A stretch of DNA of 64,000 nucleotides from Longimicrobiales bacterium (GCA_041690395.1 JAWLHJ010000005.1:384001-448000); one strand, 5' to 3'. Positions 29,393-39,373 are shown, counted from the first letter of the stretch. Notes: generated by a model from the letters alone, not told the origin. Program-made: numbers and translations.

Positions 29393-30495
29393 AACGCGGG
29401 CTCGTCGTCCACGCGCTGCTCCTCGGGCTCCTCGTCACGGGCTGCGGCGATGGGCCGGCCCCGCTCGAGCCGGACCCCGATCCGCGCCCGGACGTCGACG
29501 CACTCTTCGCGCCGGCCACTTCGGAGGAGATCGCGGCGGTCCGGGCGGATTGGGACTCCCGTGACGTGGCGCCCGTCGAGGCCAGCGTCGAAGCGACGGA
29601 GCTGGGCCTCCTCGGGGGGACCCTGGCGACGGTGCGGGTGGTCTCGCACGCCATCGAGGGTGGGCGTCACTACGGAGCCGTGATCACGCCCGACGGTGCG
29701 GCGCCGGGGAGCCTCCCGGTGCTGGTGGTCGCGCACGGGGGAGATCAGGGCGTGCGGATCTCGGACCTTGCGGCGCTCACGTTCTCCCTCGGAAGCGTCG
29801 CGGCCGACTTCGTCTGGGTGGTCCCGTCGTTTCGCGCCGAGCCGCTCGAGACGGGCGGCGGGGTCTGGCGGTCGGACGGTCAGGCGAGCCCGTGGGACCG
29901 GGACGTGGACGATGCCCTGGCCCTCCTGGGTGCCGCGGTGGAGCTCACGCCCGCGGCCGACGAAGATCGCGTCGGCGTGCTGGGCCTCTCACGGGGCGCG
30001 GGCGTCGCGCTCCTCATGGGGATCCGCGACCCGCGTATCGACCGGATCGTGGCGTTCTCCGGGCCCACCGACTTCTTCGGGCCGTTCATCAGGGATGTCG
30101 TCGAGGATGCGCTCGACGGAAGCGCGACCGACCTGCCGGGGCTGTCCACGCTGACCACCCGCTTCGTACGACCGTTCGCCGACGGCTCCATGTCCGTCGC
30201 CGACCTGCGCGCGGAGCTGGTTCGTCGTTCGGCCGTCCTGTTCGCCGCCGATCTGCCACCCCTCCAGATCCATCATGGATCGCTCGACGACGTCGTCCCG
30301 GTCGGGGAGGCGCATGCGCTTATCGAGGCTCTGGAGTCGTTGGGTCGGGGCGCGCCGGACGACGGGTTCTTCATCTACGCGGGCGGCGGGCACGACCCGC
30401 TCACCATGGCGGGCAGCGTGCCCCTGGCCGTCGCCTTCCTGCAGGAGCTGACCAGCTCGGCGGTGGCCACCCACGCGGCGGGGAGCCACCGATGA
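29389..30495 (+). CDS. Lipoprotein alpha/beta hydrolase (S9-like)
   Basis: LVTGC lipobox; triad motifs GLSRG, HGSLDDVVP, GGGHD. Confidence 0.85.
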   Translation: MKRGLVVHALLLGLLVTGCGDGPAPLEPDPDPRPDVDALFAPATSEEIAAVRADWDSRDVAPVEASVEATELGLLGGTLATVRVVSHAIEGGRHYGAVITPDGAAPGSLPVLVVAHGGDQGVRISDLAALTFSLGSVAADFVWVVPSFRAEPLETGGGVWRSDGQASPWDRDVDDALALLGAAVELTPAADEDRVGVLGLSRGAGVALLMGIRDPRIDRIVAFSGPTDFFGPFIRDVVEDALDGSATDLPGLSTLTTRFVRPFADGSMSVADLRAELVRRSAVLFAADLPPLQIHHGSLDDVVPVGEAHALIEALESLGRGAPDDGFFIYAGGGHDPLTMAGSVPLAVAFLQELTSSAVATHAAGSHR

Positions 30496-30646
30496 GCACC
30501 GAGACCAGGGTGTCCGCGTGAACGCGCTCGGAGCGTCCTCCGCCGGCTGAGCGGGTCGGCTGGCGCCCAGCACCCTCCGGCCCGCATACTGACTGCCATG
30601 CCGGGCCCGCGGGCCCACGGCGACCCCCCAGACGCAGGATCCGACC

Positions 30647-31069
30647 ATGAGCTCCATCAAGGACACCGCCGCCGCATTCTTCGACGCCTGCGAGACCGGG
30701 AAAGGCTGGGCGGCCTGCGCCCAGCACTGCCATCCGGACGCTTCGTTCTCCGTGCAGGCCGACACCTTCGCGGCCCTCGACACCATCGAGGCCTATACCG
30801 ATGCCATGGCCGGATTCATCGCCGGACCCGTGCCCGACGCCGAGTACGAGTTGAAGTCGTTCGCCGTGGACGAGGATCGCAGCACGGTATGCGGCTTCGC
30901 CGTCTTCAAAGGGACGCACACCGGCGAGGGCGGGCCTGTGCCGCCGACGGGGAAGCGGACCGAGAGCGACTACGTCTACGTCATGGAGTTCGACGGCGAC
31001 CGCATTCGCCACATGACGAAGATCTGGAACGATGTGTGGGCGATGCGTGAGATCGGATGGAGCGCGTGA
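30647..31069 (+). CDS. SnoaL-like ester/polyketide cyclase
   Basis: FKGTHTGEGGPVPPTGKR..YVYVM.F. Confidence 0.88.
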   Translation: MSSIKDTAAAFFDACETGKGWAACAQHCHPDASFSVQADTFAALDTIEAYTDAMAGFIAGPVPDAEYELKSFAVDEDRSTVCGFAVFKGTHTGEGGPVPPTGKRTESDYVYVMEFDGDRIRHMTKIWNDVWAMREIGWSA

Positions 31070-31602
31070 TGGATCCGAGAATCGATATCGTACGTGAGCT
31101 CCTCGACCGACACCGTCGCCGCCTGGCCGAGGTGTTCGAGAGCATACCCGCGGATGCCAGGGGCACCAGGCCCGACTCCGGCGGCTGGTCCCCGGCGAAT
31201 CTGGTCGAGCATCTGGCCACCTCGGAGCAGAGAATCACCGCCCTGATTTCGGGGATGGTCGATGGGGCCGAGCCCCGCGACGACGACGAGGACTTCGACC
31301 GGGCGGCGTTCGAGCGCTCCATCAGCATGCCGTTCATCCTCGACCGGTCACGGAGAGTCGAGGGCACGCAGCCGAGTGGGGAGCTGGGCGCGTCGGAGGC
31401 CTGGGAGGCGTTGGAGGCCAGTCGCCGGGACCTGTTGGAGGTCCTCGACCGGGGCCAGGGGATGCGGCTCGAAGACCACACGCACGACTCTCCCGTGACC
31501 GGGGAGCCGATGAACGCCTACCAGTGGCTCGCGTTCGCGAGTCTTCACGAGGGACGCCACGCCCTGCAGCTCGAGGAGATCGCGGCGGCGGTGGCGGAGT
31601 AG
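31069..31602 (+). CDS. DinB family protein
   Basis: WSPANLVEHL..E; HEGRHALQ; TGATG overlap with the upstream stop. Confidence 0.85.
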   Translation: MDPRIDIVRELLDRHRRRLAEVFESIPADARGTRPDSGGWSPANLVEHLATSEQRITALISGMVDGAEPRDDDEDFDRAAFERSISMPFILDRSRRVEGTQPSGELGASEAWEALEASRRDLLEVLDRGQGMRLEDHTHDSPVTGEPMNAYQWLAFASLHEGRHALQLEEIAAAVAE

Positions 31603-31614
31603 GCGAGGCCAGGC

Positions 31615-31662
31615 TTGCGTGAGACGGGTCTGCGGCCCAGTATGTAATCATATGGTTAAATA
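31615..31662 (+). promoter_or_regulatory. Putative promoter with palindromic ArsR operator overlapping the start codon
   Basis: TTGCGT-N17-CAGTAT; near-palindrome TATGTAATCATATGGTTAAATA at 31641-31662. Confidence 0.65.
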
Positions 31663-31972
31663 CGAACGGAGCGACGTCTTCGACGCGCTCGCCGACCCGA
31701 CCCGAAGGGCGATCCTCGACCTGCTGGCGGTGCAGGAGCGCACCGCGGGCGACGTGGCCGAGCGGTTCGACGTGAGCCGGCCGGCGATCTCCAGGCATCT
31801 GAGGGTGCTGCTCGACGCCGGGCTGGTGGAGCGGCGCACCGAGGCCCAGTGGCGCATCTACAGCCTGAATCCCGAGGCGCTGAAGGAGGTCGACCGGTGG
31901 ATGGCGAAGTACCGGACGTTCTGGGCGGCACGGATGCACGATCTCAAACGTTTCGTCGAGGAGACGCCATGA
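31652..31972 (+). CDS. ArsR/SmtB family regulator
   Basis: VFDALADPTRRAIL..SRPAISRHLRVL..AGLV. Confidence 0.93.
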   Translation: MVKYERSDVFDALADPTRRAILDLLAVQERTAGDVAERFDVSRPAISRHLRVLLDAGLVERRTEAQWRIYSLNPEALKEVDRWMAKYRTFWAARMHDLKRFVEETP

Positions 31973-32862
31973 GCGAGCGCTGGACGCACGAATACGCCTA
32001 CCCGATCCACGCTCCGGCCGAGCGGATCTTCGCGGCCCTGACGGAGTCGGAGGACCTGGAGGCATGGTTCGCCGAGCACGCACGGGTCGAGCCGCGGGAG
32101 GGCGGGCGCTACGCCTTCTGGGGAAAGCACACCCTGGGGACACCGTCGGAGGACGAGGCCGACGGACGCATCGAGTCGCTCGAGCGCGACCGGCGGCTCG
32201 TCTTCACCTGGACGGTCCAGGGTGTGCCGTCGACGGTGACGATCGACCTGACTCCGGAGGAGCGTTCGGGTGGCTCGGAAGCGACGGAGCACGGTCCGGC
32301 GACCCGGGTCGCGATCCGGCACGAGCTCGAGGGTCTCTTCGACATGCCGCGGCCGAAGGAGATGATCGACGACTGGTGGCGCTTCTGCCTCGGCAACCTG
32401 ATGGCTCACGCGGCGGAGCATGGTGACGTGCTACGGGTGGATTTCGACGACCCGAGCCCCGAGATCCGGCTCTCGATGGAGATGGACGCGCCCCCGGACA
32501 AGGTGTTCCGGGCGCTGACCGAGCCCGAGGCGCTCGACCGCTGGATGGCCAACGGGGCCAAGGTCGAGCTCCGTGAAGGCGGGCGGTACGACCTCGGTTT
32601 CACCCCGGAGGGGTACGATGGGCCGCCCATGCGGATCCTGGAGCTCGTCCCGAACGAGAGGCTGATGATCTCCTGGCCCGACTGGCGCGGCGACACGTCC
32701 GTGCCCGAACAGTCCGTCACGTGGCTGCTCGAGCCCTCCGGGGACGGGACCCGCGTGACGGTGATCCACAGCGGCTTCGTCCGGGCTGTGGATCTGAGCG
32801 ACTATCCGTTCGGGTGGGGCTACTTCCTGGGCCGGCTGCGGGACGTATCGACCGAGCTCTAG
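31969..32862 (+). CDS. Tandem SRPBCC (AHSA1-like) domain protein
   Basis: Two AP.ER/KVF.ALT....L..W repeats; ATGA overlap with the ArsR gene. Confidence 0.9.
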   Translation: MSERWTHEYAYPIHAPAERIFAALTESEDLEAWFAEHARVEPREGGRYAFWGKHTLGTPSEDEADGRIESLERDRRLVFTWTVQGVPSTVTIDLTPEERSGGSEATEHGPATRVAIRHELEGLFDMPRPKEMIDDWWRFCLGNLMAHAAEHGDVLRVDFDDPSPEIRLSMEMDAPPDKVFRALTEPEALDRWMANGAKVELREGGRYDLGFTPEGYDGPPMRILELVPNERLMISWPDWRGDTSVPEQSVTWLLEPSGDGTRVTVIHSGFVRAVDLSDYPFGWGYFLGRLRDVSTEL

Positions 32863-32980
32863 CGATCGGGGGTCTCCCTACAACGGAGCGGGACGTCCTC
32901 CCGACAGACCCGACACGACGCGGACGCGAGCTTATCGTACGGGAGCAGTCCAGGAGTCCCATGTTCCGGAGGTCGCGGCT

Positions 32981-34105
32981 ATGAGATGGCTCTTTGCGGC
33001 GTTCGTCGTCGTGCACGGTCTGATTCACTTCATGGGTCCCGCCAAGGCGTTCGGACTCGCGGATCTCCCCCAGCTCACGCAGTCGATCGCGCGTGGGATG
33101 GGCGTGGTGTGGCTCGCGGCCGGCGTTGCGATGCTGCTGGCCAGCGGCGCCTTCCTCCTGGGGCAGCGCGTCTGGTGGCTCGTCGCCGTGGTCGCCGTCG
33201 TGCTGTCCCAGGCGGCCATCATGGCGTCGTGGACGGATGCGAAGGTCGGAACGATCGCGAATCTCGTGATCCTCCTGGGAGCCATCTACGGCTTCGCGTC
33301 CCAGGGGCCGTGGAGCTTCCGGGCCGCCTACGAGCGGCAGGTGGACGCCCGCCTGGCCGAAGGTGAGGAGGTAGAGCCGCCGGCGCTCACAGAAGCCGAT
33401 ATCGTGCACCTGCCGGAGCTCGTACAGCGATACCTGCGCGTGACCGGAGCGATCGGGCAGCCCCGCGTCGAACATTTCCGCGCGGCCTGGCGTGGCCGCA
33501 TTCGCGAATCCCCCGAGGATGCCTGGATGACGTTCACGGCCGAGCAGGTCAACTTCATCCGGGACCCCGCTCGCTTCTTCCTCATGGACGCGCGGCGGAG
33601 CCGCCTGCCCGTCGACGTGTTCCACGCCTTCGCGGACGGCGCCGCGAGTATGCGTGTGCGCGTCCTGTCGCTCGTCCCGGTAGTCGACGAGCAGGGCCCG
33701 GAGCTCACGCGGGCCGAGACGGTCACCCTGTTCAACGATCTGTGCTTGCTGGCGCCGGCCGCCCTGATCGATCCCGGCATCGAATGGGACGCCGTCGATG
33801 ACCGCTCGGTCCGGGCGCGCTACACGCTCGGCGAGAACACCATCTCCGCCGTCCTGGAATTCAATGACGCGGGCGAGCTCGTGGACTTCGTCTCGGACGA
33901 CCGGTCCGCGGTCTCCGAGGGCGGGCGCATGACTCCGTTGCGGTTCTCCACGCCGGTTCGAGATTACAGGACCTTCGGCGATCGCCGGGTGATGACGCGA
34001 GGGGAGGGGCGGTGGCATCCGCGGGAGGGGGCGTTCGCATACGTCGAGCTCGAGCTGGTGGATTTCGAGGTGAATGGAGGGCGACAGAGAGTGAGAGACC
34101 CATGA
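32981..34105 (+). CDS. DUF6544-like membrane-anchored protein
   Basis: HGLIH N-terminal TMs; LPELVQRYL; ETVTLFNDLCLLAP; FVSDDR. Confidence 0.75.
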   Translation: MRWLFAAFVVVHGLIHFMGPAKAFGLADLPQLTQSIARGMGVVWLAAGVAMLLASGAFLLGQRVWWLVAVVAVVLSQAAIMASWTDAKVGTIANLVILLGAIYGFASQGPWSFRAAYERQVDARLAEGEEVEPPALTEADIVHLPELVQRYLRVTGAIGQPRVEHFRAAWRGRIRESPEDAWMTFTAEQVNFIRDPARFFLMDARRSRLPVDVFHAFADGAASMRVRVLSLVPVVDEQGPELTRAETVTLFNDLCLLAPAALIDPGIEWDAVDDRSVRARYTLGENTISAVLEFNDAGELVDFVSDDRSAVSEGGRMTPLRFSTPVRDYRTFGDRRVMTRGEGRWHPREGAFAYVELELVDFEVNGGRQRVRDP

Positions 34106-34746
34106 CTCGACCCCCGATTCCTCGCGGCCCCGACCAGCTGCTCGCGACCTTCGGCCGGATCGACATCTACGTCTTCGACCAGCTCCTGCGCGGCCGGATC
34201 ACGCCCGGCATGCGGGTCCTGGACGCGGGCTGCGGTGGCGGGCGCAACACCGAGTACCTCATGCGCTGCGGAGCGGAGGTCCACGGCGTGGACGCGGAGC
34301 CCGCCCAGATCGCCCGGATTCGCAAGGTCGCCGCGGCCGCCGCGCCCGATCTGCCCGCCGGGAACTTCGTGGCCGGACACCTCGGCGATCTGCCTTTCGA
34401 GGACGGGTTCTTCGATGTGGTCCTCTGCAGCGCGGTCCTCCACTTCGCCGAGACCTCGACGGAGTTCGAGGAGATGATGGCCGAGATGTGGCGCGTCCTG
34501 GAGCCCGGCGGGCTCTGGTTCGCCCGCCTCGCGTCCTCCATCGGTATCGAGGACGACGTCGTCCACCTCCGCGACCGATGGCACCGGTTACCGGACGGGA
34601 GCGACCGGTTCCTCGTCGACGAGGACTATCTCATGCATGTCGGTGGTGAGCTCGGGGGCGAGCTGATCGACCCGCTCAAGACCACCGTCGTCCAGGGCAT
34701 GCGGTCGATGACGACGTGGGTCTTGCGGAAGCCCCAGGGGCGCTAA
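34102..34746 (+). CDS. Class I SAM-dependent methyltransferase
   Basis: VLDAGCGGGRN; FDVVLCSAVLHF; VLEPGG. Confidence 0.92.
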   Translation: MTRPPIPRGPDQLLATFGRIDIYVFDQLLRGRITPGMRVLDAGCGGGRNTEYLMRCGAEVHGVDAEPAQIARIRKVAAAAAPDLPAGNFVAGHLGDLPFEDGFFDVVLCSAVLHFAETSTEFEEMMAEMWRVLEPGGLWFARLASSIGIEDDVVHLRDRWHRLPDGSDRFLVDEDYLMHVGGELGGELIDPLKTTVVQGMRSMTTWVLRKPQGR

Positions 34747-35381
34747 CCGCCCAGCTTCCGGATTTCCTCCGACTCGACCACGCGGACCCCGGCGGCTTCC
34801 TCGCGGGCGAGGAGGGCCATGGTCGCGGCGACGGCCCGGGCATGCACCGGATGGTACCGGCCGGGCACCAGGCGTAGAAGCAGGCGACCCAACGCCTCCA
34901 TCGGCCGCCGCTCCGTACGCTCCCCGGCGAGAACCGAGGGACGGAGGATGACCAGGCTGGGGTAGCCGAGCGCCCGGATGTCCCGCTCGACCTCGCCTTT
35001 CACCCGGTTGTAGAAGACGCGCGAATCGGGGTCGGCGCCTACGGCGCTCACCAGGGAGAAGTGCCGCGCCCCGTTCTCCAGCGCCACCCGCGCGATCGTC
35101 AGCGGAAGGTCGTAGTCCACCTCGCGAAACCGCTCCTTCGAGCCCGCCTTCCCGATCGTCGTGCCCAGAGCACAGAACACGTGATCCCCCCGGATATCGG
35201 CACGGTGCTCCTCCAGCCGGTCGAACGAGACGAGTCGCTGGGTCACGTTCGTGGGCACCGGATCCGGCAACGGCCGGCGGGTGAGCGCGACGACGGGCCG
35301 GTGGTCTGCATCCTCGGACAGCACCCGGAGGCACTCGGTCCCGACGAGACCCGTGGAGCCGACGACCAGGGCGCTGCTCAT
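34743..35381 (-). CDS. NAD(P)-binding oxidoreductase (YraR/TIP30-like)
   Basis: VVGSTGLVG; FCALGTT; FYNRVKGEVE; LRPS. Confidence 0.9.
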   Translation of the reverse strand: MSSALVVGSTGLVGTECLRVLSEDADHRPVVALTRRPLPDPVPTNVTQRLVSFDRLEEHRADIRGDHVFCALGTTIGKAGSKERFREVDYDLPLTIARVALENGARHFSLVSAVGADPDSRVFYNRVKGEVERDIRALGYPSLVILRPSVLAGERTERRPMEALGRLLLRLVPGRYHPVHARAVAATMALLAREEAAGVRVVESEEIRKLGG

Positions 35382-35418
35382 CGGGGCCCCGTCTGCCGGG
35401 TGGGCTCGCTCTCCGGCC

Positions 35419-35919
35419 TCACCAACCCGCGCTGCCCGGCCCGCCCTTGAACGGCCCCTTGATCTCCGGCGTGATCCAGCCGCCGTAGAATCCACCGGGC
35501 TGCGGCACGACCTCCACCCCGTCCACCGTGCACGCGTCCATCGGCCCCGCGTAGAACGCGACATGGTCGCGGATCGGCTCGAAGGTGGGCGTCGGGTCCG
35601 GGTAGCTCCACCCGACGCGCTCCGCCGCTCGATCGCCGACGCGCACGGTCCAGTAGCGGGCCCGTCCCTTCCATTCGCACCACGATCCACCTCCCGCTTC
35701 GCTGAGCACTTCGTCACGGATGTCCGTGCGCGGAATGTAGTAGACCGGAGGGTGGCTGGTCTCGAGCACCCGATACGCGGCCGTGGAGTCGGCGATGACC
35801 TCGCCGTTGAAGCGGATCTCGATGCGCTTCGAGACGGCCTCCAGGGCCGGAGGGCGCGGATAGCTCCAGACGGACTCTTCGCCCGGACCGGTGGGGTCGG
35901 GCGGTGGATGGTGTCGCAT
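35419..35919 (-). CDS. DUF427 domain protein
   Basis: ESVWSYPRPP; VLETSHPPVYY; CEWKG.A.Y; FYGGWIT. Confidence 0.9.
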   Translation of the reverse strand: MRHHPPPDPTGPGEESVWSYPRPPALEAVSKRIEIRFNGEVIADSTAAYRVLETSHPPVYYIPRTDIRDEVLSEAGGGSWCEWKGRARYWTVRVGDRAAERVGWSYPDPTPTFEPIRDHVAFYAGPMDACTVDGVEVVPQPGGFYGGWITPEIKGPFKGGPGSAGW

Positions 35920-35937
35920 CGTTGTCTTTTCGCCTTA

Positions 35938-36083
35938 TCGAAAGTCGTTCGAAAGTCGAACGAGTGCCTCCGGCCCGCCGACCAGGACGTACGCTCCGGA
36001 GGCCTTGCGTGGCAAGGAGATCCTCACGGGTGCCCGCCACAAGAGCCCACGTCCAGATCGTTCGACTTTCGAACGACTTTCGA
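35938..36083. repeat. 146-bp MITE-like or structured element with perfect 26-bp terminal inverted repeats
   Basis: TCGAAAGTCGTTCGAAAGTCGAACGA (35938-35963) and its exact reverse complement (36058-36083); internal hairpins. Confidence 0.85.
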
Positions 36084-36147
36084 AGCTCGCGCAGACGCCT
36101 ACCTGTCCACCCCGCCGGCCGCCGAATCACCCCCGTTGATCCCGTAA

Positions 36148-36193
36148 TGATGACATTGTATACTTGCGCTCATCGAGTATTGATGACGATGTA
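36148..36193 (+). promoter_or_regulatory. Repeated AT-rich motif upstream of padR (candidate operator)
   Basis: TGATGACATTGTA (36148-36160) and TGATGACGATGTA (36181-36193), 33 bp apart. Confidence 0.5.
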
Positions 36194-36230
36194 ATCTTTA
36201 TGGCGCGTGCGCCGGGACCGGGAGGTGGGG

Positions 36231-36563
36231 ATGGGTCAGGGAAGCCTCGGGGAATTCGAGCAGATGGTGTTGCTCGCGATCCTGCATCTGGGAGACGACG
36301 TCTACGGCGTGCCGATCGTGGACGAGATCGAGCAGCGCACGGGCCGCAGCGTGGCACGGGCCGCCGTGTACGTGACGCTCCGCCGGCTCGAGAAGAAGGG
36401 ACTCGTCGAGTCGTGGATGAGCGACCCGATCGAAGAGCGTGGCGGCAAGCCGAGGCGCATGGTCCGGGTGCGGGCCGAGGGACGGCGCATGCTCGCGGAC
36501 TCGCGCCGGGCGATGGAGGCCATGTGGGACGGCCTCGAGCCCGTGGCCGGAGAGGGGCGATGA
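36231..36563 (+). CDS. PadR family regulator
   Basis: LGEFEQMVLLAI..YGVPI..AVYVTLRRLEKKGLV..ERGGKPRR; GGAGG RBS. Confidence 0.93.
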   Translation: MGQGSLGEFEQMVLLAILHLGDDVYGVPIVDEIEQRTGRSVARAAVYVTLRRLEKKGLVESWMSDPIEERGGKPRRMVRVRAEGRRMLADSRRAMEAMWDGLEPVAGEGR

Positions 36564-39373
36564 GCCGCGGCCGCCCGCCGCGCCTCGCGTGTTGGCTGCT
36601 GAGCCGCTTCGTGCCGGCCGATGCCCGGGATACCGTCCTGGGAGATCTCGAGGAGGTGTATGCGCGCCGGGTCGCCGAGGGAGGGCGGCTCCGCGCCGAC
36701 GTCTGGTACGTCCTGGAGGCGGGTTCCTTCTCGGCCCGTTTCGCATGGGAGCGGCTCAGGGAGCTGAAGGGGTCGGCCACACCCTCGCTCCTGGACTTCC
36801 GCCTCGGCGCCCGCATGCTCCGCAAGAGCCCGCTCCTGACCGTGACGGGGTGCGTGGCGATCGCGACGGCGATCGGCATCAACGCGGGCTTCAACGAGTT
36901 CACGGGCGACCTGCTCGGGGAAGCCAGGTGGGCCGAGGTCGATGACCGGGTGGTGGGGCTCGCGAACTTCGACACCGAGTCCGGGGATCGGGATGCCCGG
37001 GTCCTGGCCGACCTCCGGCGGTGGCGCGAGGGGCTCCAGACAGTCGAGGACATCGGTGCCGCCCTCCGTATGGACATGAGCCTGGTCGCGTCCGACGGCA
37101 GCACGGCGCCCGTGGACGTGGCGGAGATGAGCGCCAGTGGCTTCTCCATGGTCGAGGCCACGCCCGCCCTCGGGCGGTTGCTCCTGTCCAGCGACGACGG
37201 GCCCGCCGCCGAGCCGGTGGCGGTGCTGGCCTACGAGGCATGGGACCGGATCCTGGGAGCGAACCCGGACGTGGTCGGATCGGTGGTCCGCCTGGGTGAC
37301 ACGTCGTACACGGTCGTGGGCGTGGCGGCCGCCGAGACCTACTTCCCCGGCCCCGTGGACGTCTGGGTGAACTTCCGCCGCGACGACGCCACGGCGGCCT
37401 CCCGGGCGGGTCCACCGCTCGTTGCGTTCGGACGTTTGGCGCCGGAGCGGTCGCTCCAGGAGGCCCAGCTCGAGATGGAGCAGCTCGGCGCGCGGTTGGC
37501 TCAGGACCTCCCGGATCTCTACGAGCGGGTGCGACCGGCCGTGCTGCCCTATCAGGAAGTGGCGTCGGGGAACCCCGAGATGATCCGGTGGGCGCTGAGG
37601 ATCGCCCGGACCGTGCTCGTGCTGCTTCTGGTCGTGGCATGCGCCAACGTGGCGACGCTGGTGTTCGCACGGAACGTGGGCCGGACGTCCGAGATCGCCG
37701 TCCGCTCCGCGCTCGGGGCGCGCCGCGGCCGCATCGTCGCGCAGCTCTTCGCGGAGGCGTTGGTGCTCGCGTGGCTCTCGGCAGGCGTGGGCCTCCTGGC
37801 GGCGGATTGGATGCTGAAGTGGGGCGGGGACATCTTCTGGGAAGCTCAGCGCGTTCCGCCGCCCTTCTGGTGGGACCCGGGCATGTCCTGGCCCACCATC
37901 GCGTACAGCCTCGCCCTGGCCACGTTCGCCGCCGCCGTGGTGGGCATCCTTCCCGCGCTGCGTGCCACGGGCAGCAGGCTCGCGGCTACCCTGCAGACCA
38001 CGGGGAGCGGCGGCTCCGCGTTGGCGTTCGGCCGACTCCCCACGATGGTCATCGTGTTCCAGATCGCCGTCTCCGTGGCCCTCTTCCCGATCGTCTTCAC
38101 GATGGCCGTGCAGACGTACCGCGACGAGGTCGCCGTCACCGAGTTCCCCACGGAGCGGTATCTCACGGCCCGCATCCTCGTCGACTCCAACGTGGAGCTC
38201 ACCTCGGCCGCGACGGACCAGTCCGCGGGCGAGGAGCTCCGGCGGGTGTCTGTGACCGGCGTGACGGACGGGTTCATGATGGGCCCCACGCTCCTCCAGC
38301 GGTACGGGGAGATGCGGGACGACGTGGCCCGGCGCGTGCGGAACGAGCCCGGGGTGAGGAGCGTGTCGCTCACCACGCGTCTTCCGGGCATCATCGCGGA
38401 GTCGATTCCGTCCATGCGGCTCGAGGTGGCGGGCGAAGAGCCGCCACCGAACGGATGGTGGGCCAGGACGGCCACCGCCGAGGCCGACTTCTTCCAGGTC
38501 GTGGCGCCCCGTGTCCGGTCCGGCCGAACGCTCACTCAGGTGGACTTCGCCGAAGATCAGCACGTGGCCATGGTGAACGAGGCGTTCGTGACGGAGGTCC
38601 TGAGGGGGCAGGACGCGGTGGGGCGTCAGATCCGCGGCTTCAGCGCGCCCGTTCCGGCCAGACGAGTCTCGGTCGGAACTGGCGGCGGCACACTCGAGCA
38701 GGGAACGGTCGCCTCACAGGAGGCCGATCCCGGGCGGCCGTGGACCGAGATTGTGGGCGTCATCCCCGACGAGCTCACGGGTGCGGCCGGCGCCGATCCG
38801 CAGGTGTACTTCCCCTTGTCGGGGGCCGGGACCTACCCGATCCGGCTCCTCATCGAGGTGGACGGCGATCCGGAGACGCTGGCGCCCCGACTCCAGGCGA
38901 TCGCGGCGGAAGCCGAGCCGGGCGTCATCCTCGACGAGATCCTCCCGCTGGCGGATCTGCGGCGGAACGAAGTCCTGCAGGTGCACTTCCGGGTGGGGAT
39001 CATCGGATTCGTCGCCCTGGTCACGGCCCTCCTGGCGACCGCCGGGGTGTACGCGCTCCTCTCCTTCATCGTGTCCCAGCGCACCCGGGAGATCGGCATC
39101 CGGACGGCGCTGGGCGCGGCGCCCGCCCTGGTGCTTCGCGGGGTCTTCCTGAAGACGTTCGTGCAGCTCGGGCTGGGCGTGTTGATCGGCCTCGTCATCG
39201 TGGGTGCCGTCGGGGTGCCGGGCGCCGGGGAGGGCGCCGACCTGCGGACCCTGTGGCTCACGGGAGCGGGGGTCTCCGCCGTGCTGCTCATCGTCGGGCT
39301 GTTGGGCGGCCTGATACCGGTCCGCCGGGCCCTGAGCATCCAGCCGACGGAGGCGCTGCGCGCCGACGGTTGA
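36560..39373 (+). CDS. Duplicated ABC transporter permease (ADOP family) with N-terminal PPRLA..GDLEE prefix
   Basis: LVVACANVATL..R..EIAVRSALGA; VSQRTREIGIRTALGA; P.RRALSIQPTEALR. Confidence 0.9.
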   Translation: MSRGRPPRLACWLLSRFVPADARDTVLGDLEEVYARRVAEGGRLRADVWYVLEAGSFSARFAWERLRELKGSATPSLLDFRLGARMLRKSPLLTVTGCVAIATAIGINAGFNEFTGDLLGEARWAEVDDRVVGLANFDTESGDRDARVLADLRRWREGLQTVEDIGAALRMDMSLVASDGSTAPVDVAEMSASGFSMVEATPALGRLLLSSDDGPAAEPVAVLAYEAWDRILGANPDVVGSVVRLGDTSYTVVGVAAAETYFPGPVDVWVNFRRDDATAASRAGPPLVAFGRLAPERSLQEAQLEMEQLGARLAQDLPDLYERVRPAVLPYQEVASGNPEMIRWALRIARTVLVLLLVVACANVATLVFARNVGRTSEIAVRSALGARRGRIVAQLFAEALVLAWLSAGVGLLAADWMLKWGGDIFWEAQRVPPPFWWDPGMSWPTIAYSLALATFAAAVVGILPALRATGSRLAATLQTTGSGGSALAFGRLPTMVIVFQIAVSVALFPIVFTMAVQTYRDEVAVTEFPTERYLTARILVDSNVELTSAATDQSAGEELRRVSVTGVTDGFMMGPTLLQRYGEMRDDVARRVRNEPGVRSVSLTTRLPGIIAESIPSMRLEVAGEEPPPNGWWARTATAEADFFQVVAPRVRSGRTLTQVDFAEDQHVAMVNEAFVTEVLRGQDAVGRQIRGFSAPVPARRVSVGTGGGTLEQGTVASQEADPGRPWTEIVGVIPDELTGAAGADPQVYFPLSGAGTYPIRLLIEVDGDPETLAPRLQAIAAEAEPGVILDEILPLADLRRNEVLQVHFRVGIIGFVALVTALLATAGVYALLSFIVSQRTREIGIRTALGAAPALVLRGVFLKTFVQLGLGVLIGLVIVGAVGVPGAGEGADLRTLWLTGAGVSAVLLIVGLLGGLIPVRRALSIQPTEALRADG

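Noticed and set aside
36164..36560. ORF-track N-terminal extensions (also at 11383-14229, 56442-59684, 61626-63737) suggesting gene fusions
   Set aside because: The extensions overlap separate real genes in other frames or strands; downstream starts with RBS or signal peptides fit better.
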